DNA of 61,917 nt, the filler included. It is 15 parts of 15 records of this genome, joined end to end, with 100 filler letters (N's around TTAATTAATTAA, not from the genome) between each part and the next. Parts side by side here need not be neighbours in the genome. Positions count along the whole stretch, not along the records: positions 1 to 7,815 come from SRR11831580_1810; positions 7,916 to 14,343 come from SRR11831580_1817; 13 more parts are not named here. The stretch is one strand, 5' to 3'. The notes beneath the pieces were generated by a model. That model had not been told where the DNA came from. It searched no databases and saw only the letters and a list, made by a program, of their open reading frames with translations. Each line of letters starts with the position of its first letter. Positions within the stretch are counted from its first letter, which is position 1. Position numbers and translations under genes: made by a program. Below, piece by piece: positions 1-11,182 of the stretch.

Positions 1-30
1 GTCGTGCTCTACCAACTGAGCTATTCCCGC
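1..30 (-). tRNA. glyV: tRNA-Gly, 5' 30 nt (first gene of the glyVXY cluster), cut by the window edge
   Basis: Reverse complement GCGGGAATAGCTCAGTTGGTAGAGCACGAC is the 5' half of E. coli tRNA-Gly(GCC); it lies downstream of orn as in K-12. Confidence 0.9.
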
Positions 31-79
31 GTACTACTTAATTTTGCTTTCGTAATTTTCGCATTTCTGCGTCGTTACG

Positions 80-115
80 GGAGGCGCATTATACGAGAAA
101 TCTTTCCCTCTGCAA
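80..115 (-). promoter_or_regulatory. Stable-RNA sigma70 promoter for the tRNA-Gly operon
   Basis: Minus strand: TTGCAG (115-110), 16-nt spacer, TATAAT (93-88), then a GC-rich discriminator GCGCCTCC. Confidence 0.75.
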
Positions 116-238
116 CCCCCCAAAAAGTTTTTTTGCGTTTTTATCTCAAGTGCTGAAATTATCAGCAAGACGTTCAATTTAGCGTCAAAATCACGCCGCC
201 GCAAGTGGATTCCGGCGCTTACGTGACCAGGAAAAATT

Positions 239-784
239 TTACAGCTTGATAAAATGCTCGCGGTAGTAAGCCAGCTCCGCCACCGATTCACGGATATCAT
301 CCATCGCCTGATGCGTCCCCTGCTTGGTAAAACCATCCAGAATTTCCGGCTTCCAGCGGCGCGCCAGCTCTTTCAGGGTGCTGACATCGAGATAACGGTA
401 GTGGAAGTAGGCTTCCAGCTCCGGCATGTATTTAAACAGGAAACGACGGTCCTGACCGATGCTGTTACCGCAAATCGGCGATTTTCCCGCAGGCACCCAC
501 TGTTTTAAAAATTCGAGCGTTGCCAGTTCAGCTTCCCGATCGCCCATCGTGCTCGCTTTCACGCGCTCTACCAGCCCGCTGGCGGTATGGGTGCGCACGT
601 TCCAGTCATCCATCAGCGCCAGCTGTTCATCAGACTGGTGTACTGCAATGGTCGGCCCTTCTGCCAGAATATTCAGGTTGGCATCGGTCACCAGCGTGGC
701 AATCTCAATAATGCGATCGCGCTCGGGATCCAGACCGGTCATCTCAAGATCGATCCAAATCAGGTTGTTTTCATTGGCACTCAT
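239..784 (-). CDS. orn: Oligoribonuclease
   Basis: [20 protein letters not shown]..., DEDDh motifs, 181 aa from the ATG at 784. Confidence 0.97.
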
Positions 785-878
785 GCTATTTTCCACCCAT
801 TCACAGTGACTATATTGATCCACAATTGCGTGTATCATAGATGTTTTGCCCATCAGGGGCGACCAGGAGTCTGTACGA

Positions 879-1931
879 TTGAGTAAAAATAAACTCTCCA
901 AAGGCCAGCAGCGCCGCGTGAACGCCAATCACCAGCGTCGTCTTAAAACGTCTAAGGAGAAGCCCGACTACGACGACAATCTGTTTGGCGAGCCTGATGA
1001 AGGTATCGTCATCAGCCGCTTTGGTATGCACGCTGATGTGGAATCCGCCGATGGCGACGTTCACCGCTGCAATATTCGCCGTACCATCCGTTCGCTGGTA
1101 ACCGGCGACCGCGTAGTCTGGCGTCCGGGTAAACCGGCGGCGGAAGGCGTAAATGTCAAAGGGATCGTGGAAGCGGTGCATGAGCGTACCTCGGTGTTGA
1201 CGCGTCCGGATTTCTACGACGGCGTAAAACCTATTGCCGCCAACATCGACCAGATTGTCATTGTCTCCGCCATTTTGCCGGAGCTGTCGCTCAATATTAT
1301 CGACCGTTACCTGGTGGCCTGCGAAACCTTGCAGATTGAGCCGATTATTGTGCTCAACAAGATAGACCTGCTGGACGACGAAGGCATGGCGTTCGTCAAC
1401 GAGCAGATGGATATCTACCGCAATATCGGTTATCGCGTATTGATGGTTTCCAGCCATACTCAGGATGGGCTAAAACCGCTGGAAGAGGCGTTGACCGGGC
1501 GCATCAGCATTTTTGCCGGGCAGTCTGGCGTCGGCAAATCCAGCCTGCTGAATGCGTTGCTGGGGCTGCAAAAAGAGATCCTGACCAACGATATCTCTGA
1601 CAACTCGGGGCTCGGTCAGCACACCACGACCGCCGCTCGGCTGTATCACTTCCCGCACGGCGGTGATGTGATTGACTCCCCAGGAGTGCGTGAGTTCGGC
1701 CTCTGGCACCTGGAGCCGGAACAAATCACTCAGGGCTTTGTCGAATTCCATGACTATTTAGGTCTGTGTAAATATCGCGATTGCAAACACGATACCGATC
1801 CGGGCTGCGCTATCCGGGAAGCGGTTGAGGAAGGGAAAATCGCGGAAACCCGTTTCGAAAACTATCACCGTATTCTGGAAAGCATGGCGCAGGTAAAAAC
1901 GCGTAAAAACTTTTCTGATACGGATGACTGA
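879..1931 (+). CDS. rsgA: Ribosome small-subunit-dependent GTPase A
   Basis: TTG start after AGGAG; circularly permuted GTPase motifs [16 protein letters not shown]; CxxxxCxHxxxxxC zinc site; 350 aa. Confidence 0.97.
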
Positions 1932-2027
1932 CAATTAAGCTAACCGTCGTTAGAATCGTCCCCTTTTTTTCAGGATCCGGCATGTAGGCCGGATCAGGAA
2001 CGACAAAACAATGGCCTGGAGGCTACC

Positions 2028-2996
2028 TTGTTAAATTCATTTAAACTTTCGCTACAGTACATTCTGCCGAAACTATGGCTTACTCGCCTGGCGGGTTGGG
2101 GCGCAAGCAAGCGGGCAGGATGGCTGACAAAACTGGTTATCGATCTGTTCGTTAAATACTACAAGGTCGACATGAAAGAGGCGCAAAAGCCGGACACCGC
2201 CAGCTACCGCACCTTTAACGAATTCTTTGTCCGTCCGCTGCGTGACGAAGTACGCCCAATCGATACCGATCCGAATGTACTGGTCATGCCTGCCGATGGC
2301 GTTATCAGCCAGTTGGGTAAAATCGAAGAAGATAAAATCCTGCAAGCCAAAGGCCACAACTACAGCCTCGAAGCCCTGCTGGCAGGCAACTATCTGATGG
2401 CGGACCTGTTCCGCAACGGTACGTTTGTGACCACTTACCTCTCCCCGCGTGACTACCACCGCGTACACATGCCGTGCAACGGTATTCTGCGTGAGATGAT
2501 CTACGTGCCGGGCGATCTCTTCTCCGTTAACCATCTCACGGCTCAGAACATGCCGAATCTGTTTGCCCGTAACGAACGCGTGATTTGCCTTTTCGATACC
2601 GAATTTGGCCCAATGGCGCAGATTCTGGTCGGAGCGACGATTGTTGGCAGCATTGAGACGGTCTGGGCGGGCACCATTACGCCGCCGCGCGAAGGTATCA
2701 TCAAGCGCTGGACCTGGCCTGCCGGGGAAAACGACGGTTCTGTGGCACTGCTGAAAGGCCAGGAAATGGGTCGCTTTAAACTCGGTTCCACCGTTATCAA
2801 CCTGTTTGCACCGGGTAAAGTGAATCTGGTTGAGCAACTGGAAAGCCTGTCTGTCACGAAAATTGGCCAGCCGCTGGCAGTATCTACCGAAACCTTTGTT
2901 ACGCCAGACGCTGAACCTGCCCCGCTTCCTGCTGAAGAGATCGAAGCAGAACACGACGCCAGCCCATTGGTTGACGACAAAAAAGACCAGGTCTAA
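2028..2996 (+). CDS. psd: Phosphatidylserine decarboxylase proenzyme
   Basis: 322 aa with [11 protein letters not shown] and the LGST self-cleavage motif. Confidence 0.97.
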   Translation: MLNSFKLSLQYILPKLWLTRLAGWGASKRAGWLTKLVIDLFVKYYKVDMKEAQKPDTASYRTFNEFFVRPLRDEVRPIDTDPNVLVMPADGVISQLGKIEEDKILQAKGHNYSLEALLAGNYLMADLFRNGTFVTTYLSPRDYHRVHMPCNGILREMIYVPGDLFSVNHLTAQNMPNLFARNERVICLFDTEFGPMAQILVGATIVGSIETVWAGTITPPREGIIKRWTWPAGENDGSVALLKGQEMGRFKLGSTVINLFAPGKVNLVEQLESLSVTKIGQPLAVSTETFVTPDAEPAPLPAEEIEAEHDASPLVDDKKDQV

Positions 2997-3017
2997 TCCA
3001 TCAAAGGAAACGCTGAC

Positions 3018-6000
3018 GTGCGCCTGATTATCACTTTTCTGATGGCCTGGTGCCTCAGTTGGGGGGCGTACGCCGCGACGGCCCCCGATAGCAAACAAAT
3101 CACTCAGGAACTGGAGCAGGCAAAAGCGGCGAAACCCGCACAGCCGGAAGTCGTAGAGGCGCTCCAGTCTGCCTTAAATGCGCTTGAGGAACGAAAAGGT
3201 TCCCTTGAGCGCATCAAACAATATCAGCAAGTTATCGATAATTATCCGAAACTCTCCGCTACTCTGCGCGCACAATTAAACAACATGCGTGACGAGCCGC
3301 GCAGCGTGTCGCCGGGAATGTCTACCGACGCGCTGAATCAGGAAATTCTCCAGGTCAGCAGCCAGTTGCTGGATAAAAGCCGTCAGGCCCAGCAAGAGCA
3401 GGAGCGCGCCCGCGAGATTGCCGATTCGCTGAATCAACTGCCGCAACAGCAAACCGACGCCCGCCGTCAGTTAAATGAGATCGAGCGCCGCCTGGGAACG
3501 CTTACCGGCAATACTCCGCTCAATCAGGCACAAAATTTCGCGTTGCAGTCTGACTCTGCACGTCTTAAGGCGCTCGTTGATGAACTGGAGCTGGCGCAGC
3601 TGTCTGCCAATAACCGCCAGGAATTAGCGCGCTTACGCTCAGAGCTGGCGGAAAAAGAGAGCCAGCAACTGGATGCGTATTTGCAGGCCTTGCGTAATCA
3701 ATTAAACAGCCAACGTCAGCTTGAGGCGGAGCGGGCGCTGGAAAGTACCGAATTGCTGGCAGAAAACAGCGCCGATTTGCCGAAAGATATCGTCGCGCAA
3801 TTCAAAATTAACCGCGAACTATCGGCGGCTTTGAATCAACAGGCGCAGCGGATGGATCTCGTTGCCTCGCAACAGCGTCAGGCTGCCAGCCAGACGTTAC
3901 AGGTCCGGCAGGCGTTGAATACGCTGCGTGAACAGTCGCAATGGCTGGGATCGTCCAATCTGCTCGGCGAAGCGCTGCGGGCGCAGGTGGCACGGCTGCC
4001 GGAAATGCCGAAACCACAACAGCTTGATACCGAAATGGCGCAGTTGCGTGTGCAACGGTTACGTTATGAGGATCTGCTTAATAAACAGCCGCTGCTACGG
4101 CAAATTCATCAGGCCGACGGTCAGCCGCTGACTGCCGAGCAAAACCGTATTCTGGAAGCACAACTGCGCACTCAGCGTGAGTTGCTGAACTCATTGTTGC
4201 AGGGTGGCGACACGCTACTATTGGAACTGACCAAGCTGAAAGTCTCCAACGGGCAACTGGAGGATGCACTGAAAGAGGTGAACGAAGCAACGCACCGCTA
4301 TCTGTTCTGGACCTCTGACGTGCGCCCGATGACCATCGCCTGGCCGCTGGAAATCGCCCAGGATCTGCGTCGTCTCATTTCGCTGGACACCTTCAGTCAG
4401 TTGGGCAAAGCCAGTGTGATGATGCTGACCAGCAAAGAGACAATTTTGCCGCTGTTTGGCGCGTTGATTCTGGTCGGTTGCAGTATTTACTCGCGCCGCT
4501 ATTTCACCCGTTTTCTTGAACGTTCGGCGGCGAAAGTTGGCAAAGTGACTCAGGATCACTTCTGGCTGACGTTGCGCACTCTTTTCTGGTCGATTCTCGT
4601 CGCGTCACCGTTACCGGTGCTGTGGATGACGCTGGGTTACGGCTTGCGCGAGGCGTGGCCTTATCCGCTGGCGGTCGCGATTGGCGATGGTGTAACGGCC
4701 ACCGTGCCGCTGCTGTGGGTAGTGATGATTTGCGCCACCTTTGCCCGCCCGAACGGCTTGTTTATCGCTCATTTTGGCTGGCCGCGCGAACGTGTTTCCC
4801 GTGGGATGCGCTACTACCTGATGAGCATCGGGCTTATTGTGCCGCTGATTATGGCGCTGATGATGTTCGATAACCTCGACGACCGTGAATTCTCCGGTTC
4901 GCTGGGACGGCTTTGCTTTATCCTCATTTGCGGTGCGCTGGCGGTGGTCACCCTCAGCCTGAAAAAGGCCGGGATTCCGCTGTATCTCAACAAAGAGGGC
5001 AGCGGCGACAACATTACCAACCATATGCTGTGGAACATGATGATTGGCGCGCCGTTGGTTGCCATTCTGGCGTCGGCGGTGGGTTATCTGGCAACGGCAC
5101 AGGCGCTGTTAGCGAGGCTTGAAACCTCGGTTGCCATCTGGTTCCTGCTACTGGTGGTTTATCACGTTATCCGCCGCTGGATGCTGATCCAGCGCCGCAG
5201 GCTGGCGTTTGATCGGGCGAAGCATCGCCGGGCAGAGATGTTAGCGCAACGTGCGCGTGGCGAAGAGGAAGCGCATCATCACAGTAGCCCGGAAGGAGCA
5301 ATTGAAGTCGATGAAAGCGAAGTCGATCTCGATGCCATCAGTGCGCAATCCTTGCGGCTGGTGCGCTCAATTTTGATGTTGATCGCCCTGCTTTCTGTCA
5401 TTGTGCTGTGGTCAGAAATCCATTCCGCTTTCGGCTTCCTCGAAAATATTTCGCTGTGGGATGTCACCTCCACGGTACAGGGCGTAGAAAGTCTGGAGCC
5501 AATTACCCTCGGTGCGGTGCTGATTGCCATTCTGGTGTTTATCATCACCACGCAGCTGGTGCGCAACTTGCCCGCGCTGCTGGAACTGGCGATTTTGCAG
5601 CACCTGGATTTAACGCCGGGTACGGGTTACGCCATCACCACCATCACCAAATATCTGCTGATGCTGATTGGCGGGCTGGTCGGCTTCTCAATGATTGGTA
5701 TTGAGTGGTCGAAATTGCAGTGGCTGGTTGCCGCGCTCGGTGTTGGTCTCGGTTTTGGTTTGCAGGAAATTTTCGCCAACTTTATCTCTGGTCTGATTAT
5801 CCTGTTCGAAAAACCGATTCGCATTGGCGATACGGTGACAATTCGCGATCTCACCGGTAGCGTGACGAAAATTAACACCCGCGCCACCACCATCAGCGAC
5901 TGGGACCGTAAAGAGATAATCGTGCCGAACAAGGCGTTTATTACCGAGCAGTTTATCAACTGGTCGCTCTCTGACTCGGTCACGCGCGTGGTGTTGACGA

Positions 6001-6341
6001 TACCGGCCCCTGCCGATGCCAATAGCGAAGAAGTGACGGAAATCCTGCTCACCGCAGCGCGTCGCTGCTCGCTGGTGATCGACAACCCGGCACCGGAAGT
6101 CTTCCTGGTGGATCTGCAACAGGGGATTCAGATTTTCGAGCTGCGTATTTACGCCGCTGAGATGGGTCACCGTATGCCGCTACGCCATGAGATCCACCAG
6201 CTGATTCTGGCTGGCTTCCATGCCCACGGTATCGATATGCCATTCCCGCCCTTCCAGATGCGTCTGGAAAGCCTCAACGGTAAACAAACGGGGAGAACGC
6301 TGACGTCTGCGGGCAAAGGTCGTCAGGCGGGAAGTTTGTAA
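3018..6341 (+). CDS. mscM: Miniconductance mechanosensitive channel MscM (YjeP)
   Basis: 1107 aa; signal peptide, periplasmic coiled coils, TM region and MscS domain (GLGFGLQEIFANFISG). Confidence 0.95.
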   Translation: MRLIITFLMAWCLSWGAYAATAPDSKQITQELEQAKAAKPAQPEVVEALQSALNALEERKGSLERIKQYQQVIDNYPKLSATLRAQLNNMRDEPRSVSPGMSTDALNQEILQVSSQLLDKSRQAQQEQERAREIADSLNQLPQQQTDARRQLNEIERRLGTLTGNTPLNQAQNFALQSDSARLKALVDELELAQLSANNRQELARLRSELAEKESQQLDAYLQALRNQLNSQRQLEAERALESTELLAENSADLPKDIVAQFKINRELSAALNQQAQRMDLVASQQRQAASQTLQVRQALNTLREQSQWLGSSNLLGEALRAQVARLPEMPKPQQLDTEMAQLRVQRLRYEDLLNKQPLLRQIHQADGQPLTAEQNRILEAQLRTQRELLNSLLQGGDTLLLELTKLKVSNGQLEDALKEVNEATHRYLFWTSDVRPMTIAWPLEIAQDLRRLISLDTFSQLGKASVMMLTSKETILPLFGALILVGCSIYSRRYFTRFLERSAAKVGKVTQDHFWLTLRTLFWSILVASPLPVLWMTLGYGLREAWPYPLAVAIGDGVTATVPLLWVVMICATFARPNGLFIAHFGWPRERVSRGMRYYLMSIGLIVPLIMALMMFDNLDDREFSGSLGRLCFILICGALAVVTLSLKKAGIPLYLNKEGSGDNITNHMLWNMMIGAPLVAILASAVGYLATAQALLARLETSVAIWFLLLVVYHVIRRWMLIQRRRLAFDRAKHRRAEMLAQRARGEEEAHHHSSPEGAIEVDESEVDLDAISAQSLRLVRSILMLIALLSVIVLWSEIHSAFGFLENISLWDVTSTVQGVESLEPITLGAVLIAILVFIITTQLVRNLPALLELAILQHLDLTPGTGYAITTITKYLLMLIGGLVGFSMIGIEWSKLQWLVAALGVGLGFGLQEIFANFISGLIILFEKPIRIGDTVTIRDLTGSVTKINTRATTISDWDRKEIIVPNKAFITEQFINWSLSDSVTRVVLTIPAPADANSEEVTEILLTAARRCSLVIDNPAPEVFLVDLQQGIQIFELRIYAAEMGHRMPLRHEIHQLILAGFHAHGIDMPFPPFQMRLESLNGKQTGRTLTSAGKGRQAGSL

Positions 6342-6369
6342 GTTTGTGTGCCGGATGAACCAATCCGGC

Positions 6370-6684
6370 TCACAAACAAAACTGATAGCGCAGAAAAAAC
6401 TGCCACAGCCAGTAGCCGAAAATAGCCAGCGCGGTGGCGTACATAAACCAGCCGCGTTTTTTTCGCCACAAAGCGAACCAGAGAAAAGGGAAAAAGAGCG
6501 GTAACGTCATTATCACACCAACATCACGGGTATCGTCTTCTTCGAGATACATCAACACATCGCAGACGTTGTTAATCCCGCGTCCATCAATCATCCACTC
6601 TTTGTCCAGCGCGGAAGTGATGGTTATCCAGAGGAACGCCACAATAAACCAGATGCAGCATAAGACAAACATGCGCGCACTCAT
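6370..6684 (-). CDS. yjeO: Small inner-membrane protein YjeO
   Basis: 104-aa hydrophobic protein in K-12 synteny after yjeN. Confidence 0.85.
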   Translation of the reverse strand: MSARMFVLCCIWFIVAFLWITITSALDKEWMIDGRGINNVCDVLMYLEEDDTRDVGVIMTLPLFFPFLWFALWRKKRGWFMYATALAIFGYWLWQFFLRYQFCL

Positions 6685-6995
6685 AAGGTAACCGGTCGCT
6701 TAATTTCGCTATAGCGCATACGAAACAAATCGCCGTATCCCACTAATTCCCCGCGAAAAACCAGACATCGGATAAGATAAGCGCAATAAATATCCGGCAG
6801 GTTTCCCCACCGTTTACCATCGCGATCTTTGAGGGTGTTAATGGTGCTACCCACCACCATCGCCACTTTACGGGTGTGGCAGGCATCGACAAAAGAGAGA
6901 ATCGTCTGCTCTATTTCCGCTACATCCCCGGCAGAAAATTGCAGCGCCCTGATTTCATCTTCGGTTATTGCCGGGTCCCGGCTGGTGTCATCCAT
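6681..6995 (-). CDS. yjeN: Uncharacterised protein YjeN
   Basis: 104 aa, overlaps yjeO by 4 nt; K-12 synteny. Confidence 0.85.
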   Translation of the reverse strand: MDDTSRDPAITEDEIRALQFSAGDVAEIEQTILSFVDACHTRKVAMVVGSTINTLKDRDGKRWGNLPDIYCAYLIRCLVFRGELVGYGDLFRMRYSEIKRPVTL

Positions 6996-7046
6996 AACAT
7001 TTCCTGTCTTTACGCCCTATCGTCAGGTAGACGATAGGGCATCGGG

Positions 7047-7815
7047 TTATTCCACCGCCCACTGCGGATTTTTTGCCACTCTGCTGCAATAGTTCTGGTA
7101 AATCGCCATCGCTAACAGCGAGAAGAAGACAGGGCCGCCAATCATCCACAATGTGCTGTCCCAGTCTCCGGCTTCAACCACAGGTTGAATGATGGTGAAG
7201 ACGTTCGCAAATGTCACCACCAGTACGACAACCACTGTCGCAATCATTGCCGACAAATGCGTTTTGAAAATCACAAACGGTCTGTCGAGATCCTGACGTG
7301 CTTTAAAGAACGGGAAAGCCAGCGCGAGGAACAGGTAAGGAAGCGTCATAGACACGTTCGCCATCAGCGTCAGCTTGTTAAAGAACGCCGATGCGGTACC
7401 GCCACCAAACGAAACCAGCAGGATGAAGACAGTAACCAACCCGCACTGCATCCACATGGCGATAGACGGCATCCCCATCGCATTCAGGCGCGTCATCGGT
7501 TCCGGCCACAATGCTTTCGGCGTCCCCTGGATGATGGCTTTCAACGGTGAATAGCAAAGCGTAAAGAACGCACCGGTATAGGCGAGGAACATCGAAAGTC
7601 CAGTAATACGCGCAAACCATACGCCCAGCGACAATGACGCTTCAGGTGACAAATGCAGTGCATTACCCAGCGTCATCCCAAGGCTCTTCATCAGCACATA
7701 GGTAATATTGCCGAGGTTAACGGAACCATTACTTAATACCTGCTGCCAGTTTGTGCTGACGCCCCATAAAAATATTGCCAGCGAATAACCGATTGAAATA
7801 ACAATAGCGGCAAAA
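7047..7815 (-). CDS. yjeM: APC-family amino-acid transporter YjeM, 3' part (contig-truncated)
   Basis: Multi-TM ORF running into the spacer; synteny with yjeN/yjeO. Confidence 0.85.
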
Positions 7816-7915
7816 NNNNNNNNNNNNNNNNNNNNNNNNNNNNNNNNNNNNNNNNNNNNTTAATTAATTAANNNNNNNNNNNNNNNNNNNNNNNNNNNNN
7901 NNNNNNNNNNNNNNN
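7816..7915. other. Artificial contig spacer N/TTAATTAATTAA/N. Identical spacers at 14344-14443, 19875-19974, 23000-23099, 25909-26008, 30698-30797, 33196-33295, 35501-35600, 41550-41649, 44558-44657, 50629-50728, 53002-53101, 55464-55563, 57672-57771
   Basis: Identical 100-nt blocks with stops in all six frames separate loci that are unlinked in E. coli. Confidence 0.99.
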
Positions 7916-7967
7916 GACTAGCGCCGGACCAGGCTAGCTGGCGAAGCGACATGCGAGGTATTTGCAT
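7916..7967 (-). CDS. mzrA: EnvZ/OmpR modulator MzrA, 5' fragment
   Basis: MQIPRMSLRQLAWSGA begins just after the yqjA stop. Confidence 0.8.
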
Positions 7968-7970
7968 CCC

Positions 7971-8633
7971 TTACCCCCGATTTCCATATTTCTTTTTCCA
8001 TAACACGACCAGAGAACCTGCCAGGCCAAACACCAGCAGCACCACCGGGAGCAGCATCAGGCATGACATCAGCTGGTCCTCGTACTTTAAAAATACCGGC
8101 GTTTTGCCGAGCATGTAACCCAGAGTTGTCAGGATCAATACCCACAGCAGACCGCTCATCCAGTTGAAAAACTGAAAGCGCGCGTTATTCAGCCCTGATA
8201 ACCCGGCAATCGTCGGCAGCAGTGTTCTGACAAACGCAATAAAGCGACCAATTAACAGCGCCGATAAACCGTGTTTATGAAAAAGATGGTGTGCGCGTTG
8301 ATGATAATGCGCGGGTAAATGAGATAGCCAGTTTTGTACGGTGCGGGTATTGCCCAGCCATCGCCCCTGAATATAGCTGACCCAGCAGCCGAGGCTGGCG
8401 GCAACGGTCAGCAGCAGAATCGTTTGCGGATAGCCCATCGCGCCTTTCGCAATCAACACGCCGACCAATACCAGTAAACTGTCGCCCGGTAAAAAGGCCG
8501 CCGGAAGCAAGCCGTTTTCAAGGAACAAAATTACAAACAAGACAAAATACAACATGCCAATCATCGATGGATTGGCCAGGGTTTCAAAATCCTGCGCCCA
8601 CAGGGCTTGCAGCAATTGGGTCAAAAGTTCCAT
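7971..8633 (-). CDS. yqjA: DedA-family inner-membrane protein YqjA
   Basis: 220 aa; [17 protein letters not shown] and GRFIAFVRT DedA motifs. Confidence 0.95.
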   Translation of the reverse strand: MELLTQLLQALWAQDFETLANPSMIGMLYFVLFVILFLENGLLPAAFLPGDSLLVLVGVLIAKGAMGYPQTILLLTVAASLGCWVSYIQGRWLGNTRTVQNWLSHLPAHYHQRAHHLFHKHGLSALLIGRFIAFVRTLLPTIAGLSGLNNARFQFFNWMSGLLWVLILTTLGYMLGKTPVFLKYEDQLMSCLMLLPVVLLVFGLAGSLVVLWKKKYGNRG

Positions 8634-8977
8634 TCATTATTCCTGGTGAATCGGTTAACGCCACGCTGGTTTTAAAAGATGCACTACCGCAATGTTATTG
8701 CTGTTTTGGTATGTTCTGCGGGTTTGATACATCAACACAGCCTGAACTATTCCCTGTTAAATCGTGAGATAAGAAAGCATTCAAAAACATAAATTCAAAT
8801 TGAATCTAATTGTAACAAAGGTCAACGTTGTTCGTTATCAAAATTACATGTCCGTGGAGTCTGATTTTGCTGAATGCAGGGGAGGGTGGCGAGAGGATTT
8901 ACACAGGCTGACACTTTATACTTTTCGCTTACCGACGAGACAAACAGGCGCATTGCAGCGCCTGTCGGACAGGAATT

Positions 8978-9754
8978 TCATTTACTGCCGCTGGTGGCTG
9001 TATCGAGATGCACCACCGGGTTTTCGGCGAATAGATAGCGGTCGGCATTGAACTCGAAGTCGTCGCTGGTTTCGTTAAATAACATGATCTTGGTGTTTTC
9101 CAGATGCTGCCACATTGCCAGCTTAGCAGCATGAGGATCTTTGCGAATCAGCGCCTTGAGGATTTGATCGTGGTCATCACACCAGTTATCGACGGTACGG
9201 GAATCAATGTGTTCGTGCAGTTTTTTCCAGTACGGGTTATGACTACGCTGGGTCCACATTTTTTCCACGATAGCCGCCAGGGCGGAGTTCTGCGTCGCCA
9301 GAGCGACCTGAATGTGGAACTGCAAATCCCACTCGGAATCACGGAAGCATTGTTCGCCGCGCGCCTGTTCCTGAATGGCCATCAGTTTCATGATGTCCTG
9401 TTTCGTTACCTGAGTTGCCGCGAATTCGGCAATATTACTTTCGATGAGCTGGCGAGCCTGAAGCAACTCAAACGGACCGTAATTGGCGAATTCCATATTA
9501 TTGTCAGCCGCCTGCTGATGGCGCGGCTGGTTGGAAACCACATGAATACCTGAACCTTTACGCACTTCGACATAGCCTTCAACTTCCAGCATGATGATGG
9601 CTTCACGAACTACCGTACGGCTGACGTTCTTTTCATCGGCAATAAAGCGTTCTGCAGGCAGTTTATCACCCACCAGATAGACGCCCTGTTCGATGCGCTC
9701 TTTCAGGTCAGCGGCAAGTTGTTGATACAAACGGCGTGGTTCAGTGATTTCCAT
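8978..9754 (-). CDS. exuR: GntR/FadR-family hexuronate regulator ExuR
   Basis: [12 protein letters not shown]..., wHTH with VSRTVVREA; 258 aa. Confidence 0.96.
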   Translation of the reverse strand: MEITEPRRLYQQLAADLKERIEQGVYLVGDKLPAERFIADEKNVSRTVVREAIIMLEVEGYVEVRKGSGIHVVSNQPRHQQAADNNMEFANYGPFELLQARQLIESNIAEFAATQVTKQDIMKLMAIQEQARGEQCFRDSEWDLQFHIQVALATQNSALAAIVEKMWTQRSHNPYWKKLHEHIDSRTVDNWCDDHDQILKALIRKDPHAAKLAMWQHLENTKIMLFNETSDDFEFNADRYLFAENPVVHLDTATSGSK

Positions 9755-9786
9755 ATGCGCTCCAGGCATGATACGGCAGACTATAT

Positions 9787-9797
9787 TTGTTATACCA
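9787..9797. promoter_or_regulatory. Candidate ExuR/UxuR operator upstream of exuR; similar site TTGTCATACAA at 11417-11427 between exuT and uxaC
   Basis: TTGTTATACCA fits the FadR-family TxGT-N-ACxA palindrome. Confidence 0.5.
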
Positions 9798-9830
9798 CTT
9801 TTGCGAGTTTAGCTCTACTCGCAGTGATGA

Positions 9831-9856
9831 AAAAGCCGCCTGAGAAGGCGGCTTTG
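9831..9856 (-). terminator. Intrinsic terminator after exuT
   Basis: AAAAGCCGCCT-gaga-AGGCGGCTTT hairpin with a T-tract on the minus strand. Confidence 0.75.
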
Positions 9857-9883
9857 AAGGGAAACTAAAACTTACACGAAACG

Positions 9884-11182
9884 TTAATGTTGCGGTGCGG
9901 GATCGTTATGTGTTTCCTGCGCCACCTCAATCGCCGGTTTGTTCTGCAACACGGTCCAGATAACCAGCGCACCTAACAGGTCGAACACTGCCAGAACTGC
10001 GAACAGCGGGCTGAAGCCGATGGTGTCAGCCAGTGCACCGACAACCAGCGCAAACAGCGTACTTGCCAGCCATGCGGACATCCCGGTTAAACCGTTTGCC
10101 GTTGCCACTTCGTTACGACCAAACACATCGGAAGAGAGCGTAATCAGCGCGCCAGACAGTGCCTGGTGGGCAAAACCACCGATACACAGCAGCATAATTG
10201 CGACATACGGGTTGGTGAACAGGCCGATCATACCCGGGCCAATCATCAGCACTGCACCCAGCGTTACGACCATCTTACGGGAAACGATCAGGTTCACACC
10301 AAACCAACGCTGGAACAGCGGCGGCAGGTAACCACCGAGGATACAACCGAGGTCAGCAAACAGCATCGGCATCCAGGCGAACATCGCGATCTCTTTCAGG
10401 TTAAAGCCGTAAACTTTAAACATGAACAGCGGGATCCACGCGTTAAAAGTACCCCAGGCCGGTTCTGCCAGGAAACGCGGCAGCGCGATACCCCAGAACT
10501 GACGGTTACGCAGGATCTGACCAACGGACATTTTCTTCGCCGTGCTCACCTGGTGCTGGGCTTCCTGACCATTAATAATATAGTCGCGTTCTTCATCGGT
10601 CAGATGCTTCTGGTCGCGCGGATGTTTATAGAAAATCAGCCATGCCATCGCCCAGATAAAGCTCAATGCACCGGAGATGATAAATGCCATCTGCCAGCTG
10701 TGCATTACGATTGCCCATACCACCAGCGGCGGCGCAATCATCGCACCAATCGAAGAACCTACGTTAAAGTAGCCTACTGCGATGGAACGCTCTTTCGCCG
10801 GGAACCATTCGGAGCTGGCTTTCAGACCCGCCGGGATCATCGCTGCTTCCGCGGCACCGACCGCACCACGAGCAACAGCCAGGCCACCCCAGCTACCTGC
10901 CAGCGCGGTTGCACCACAGAACACGGCCCACAGCACAGCAAACATTGCATAACCGATTTTCGTACCCAGCACATCCAGTACATAACCTGCTACCGGTTGC
11001 ATGACCGTATAAGCAGCAGAATAGGCTGCGATGATATAGGAATACTGTTGGGTGGAGATGTTTAACTCTTCCATCAGAGTTGGCGCAGCTGCCGCCACAG
11101 TGTTACGCGTCAGGTAACCAAGCACGGTGCCGAGCGTCACCAGTGCGATCATATACCAACGTAACCCTTTAATTTTACGCAT
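9884..11182 (-). CDS. exuT: MFS hexuronate transporter ExuT
   Basis: MRKIKGLRWYMI..., 432-aa MFS; the ORF track extends it upstream to 11302. Confidence 0.95.
   Translation of the reverse strand: MRKIKGLRWYMIALVTLGTVLGYLTRNTVAAAAPTLMEELNISTQQYSYIIAAYSAAYTVMQPVAGYVLDVLGTKIGYAMFAVLWAVFCGATALAGSWGGLAVARGAVGAAEAAMIPAGLKASSEWFPAKERSIAVGYFNVGSSIGAMIAPPLVVWAIVMHSWQMAFIISGALSFIWAMAWLIFYKHPRDQKHLTDEERDYIINGQEAQHQVSTAKKMSVGQILRNRQFWGIALPRFLAEPAWGTFNAWIPLFMFKVYGFNLKEIAMFAWMPMLFADLGCILGGYLPPLFQRWFGVNLIVSRKMVVTLGAVLMIGPGMIGLFTNPYVAIMLLCIGGFAHQALSGALITLSSDVFGRNEVATANGLTGMSAWLASTLFALVVGALADTIGFSPLFAVLAVFDLLGALVIWTVLQNKPAIEVAQETHNDPAPQH

Noticed and set aside
2073-3098. Long antisense ORFs (e.g. 2073-3098, 10166-11065, 12027-12851, 38023-38946, 59132-60070)
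   Set aside because: They are shadow frames of well-recognised, codon-biased genes, with no RBS or recognisable motifs.
7916-7920. mzrA appears to diverge at the contig edge (GACT...), suggesting an insertion
   Set aside because: Only about 4 terminal bases are involved, which fits adaptor/key or low-quality sequence; no IS end is recognisable.
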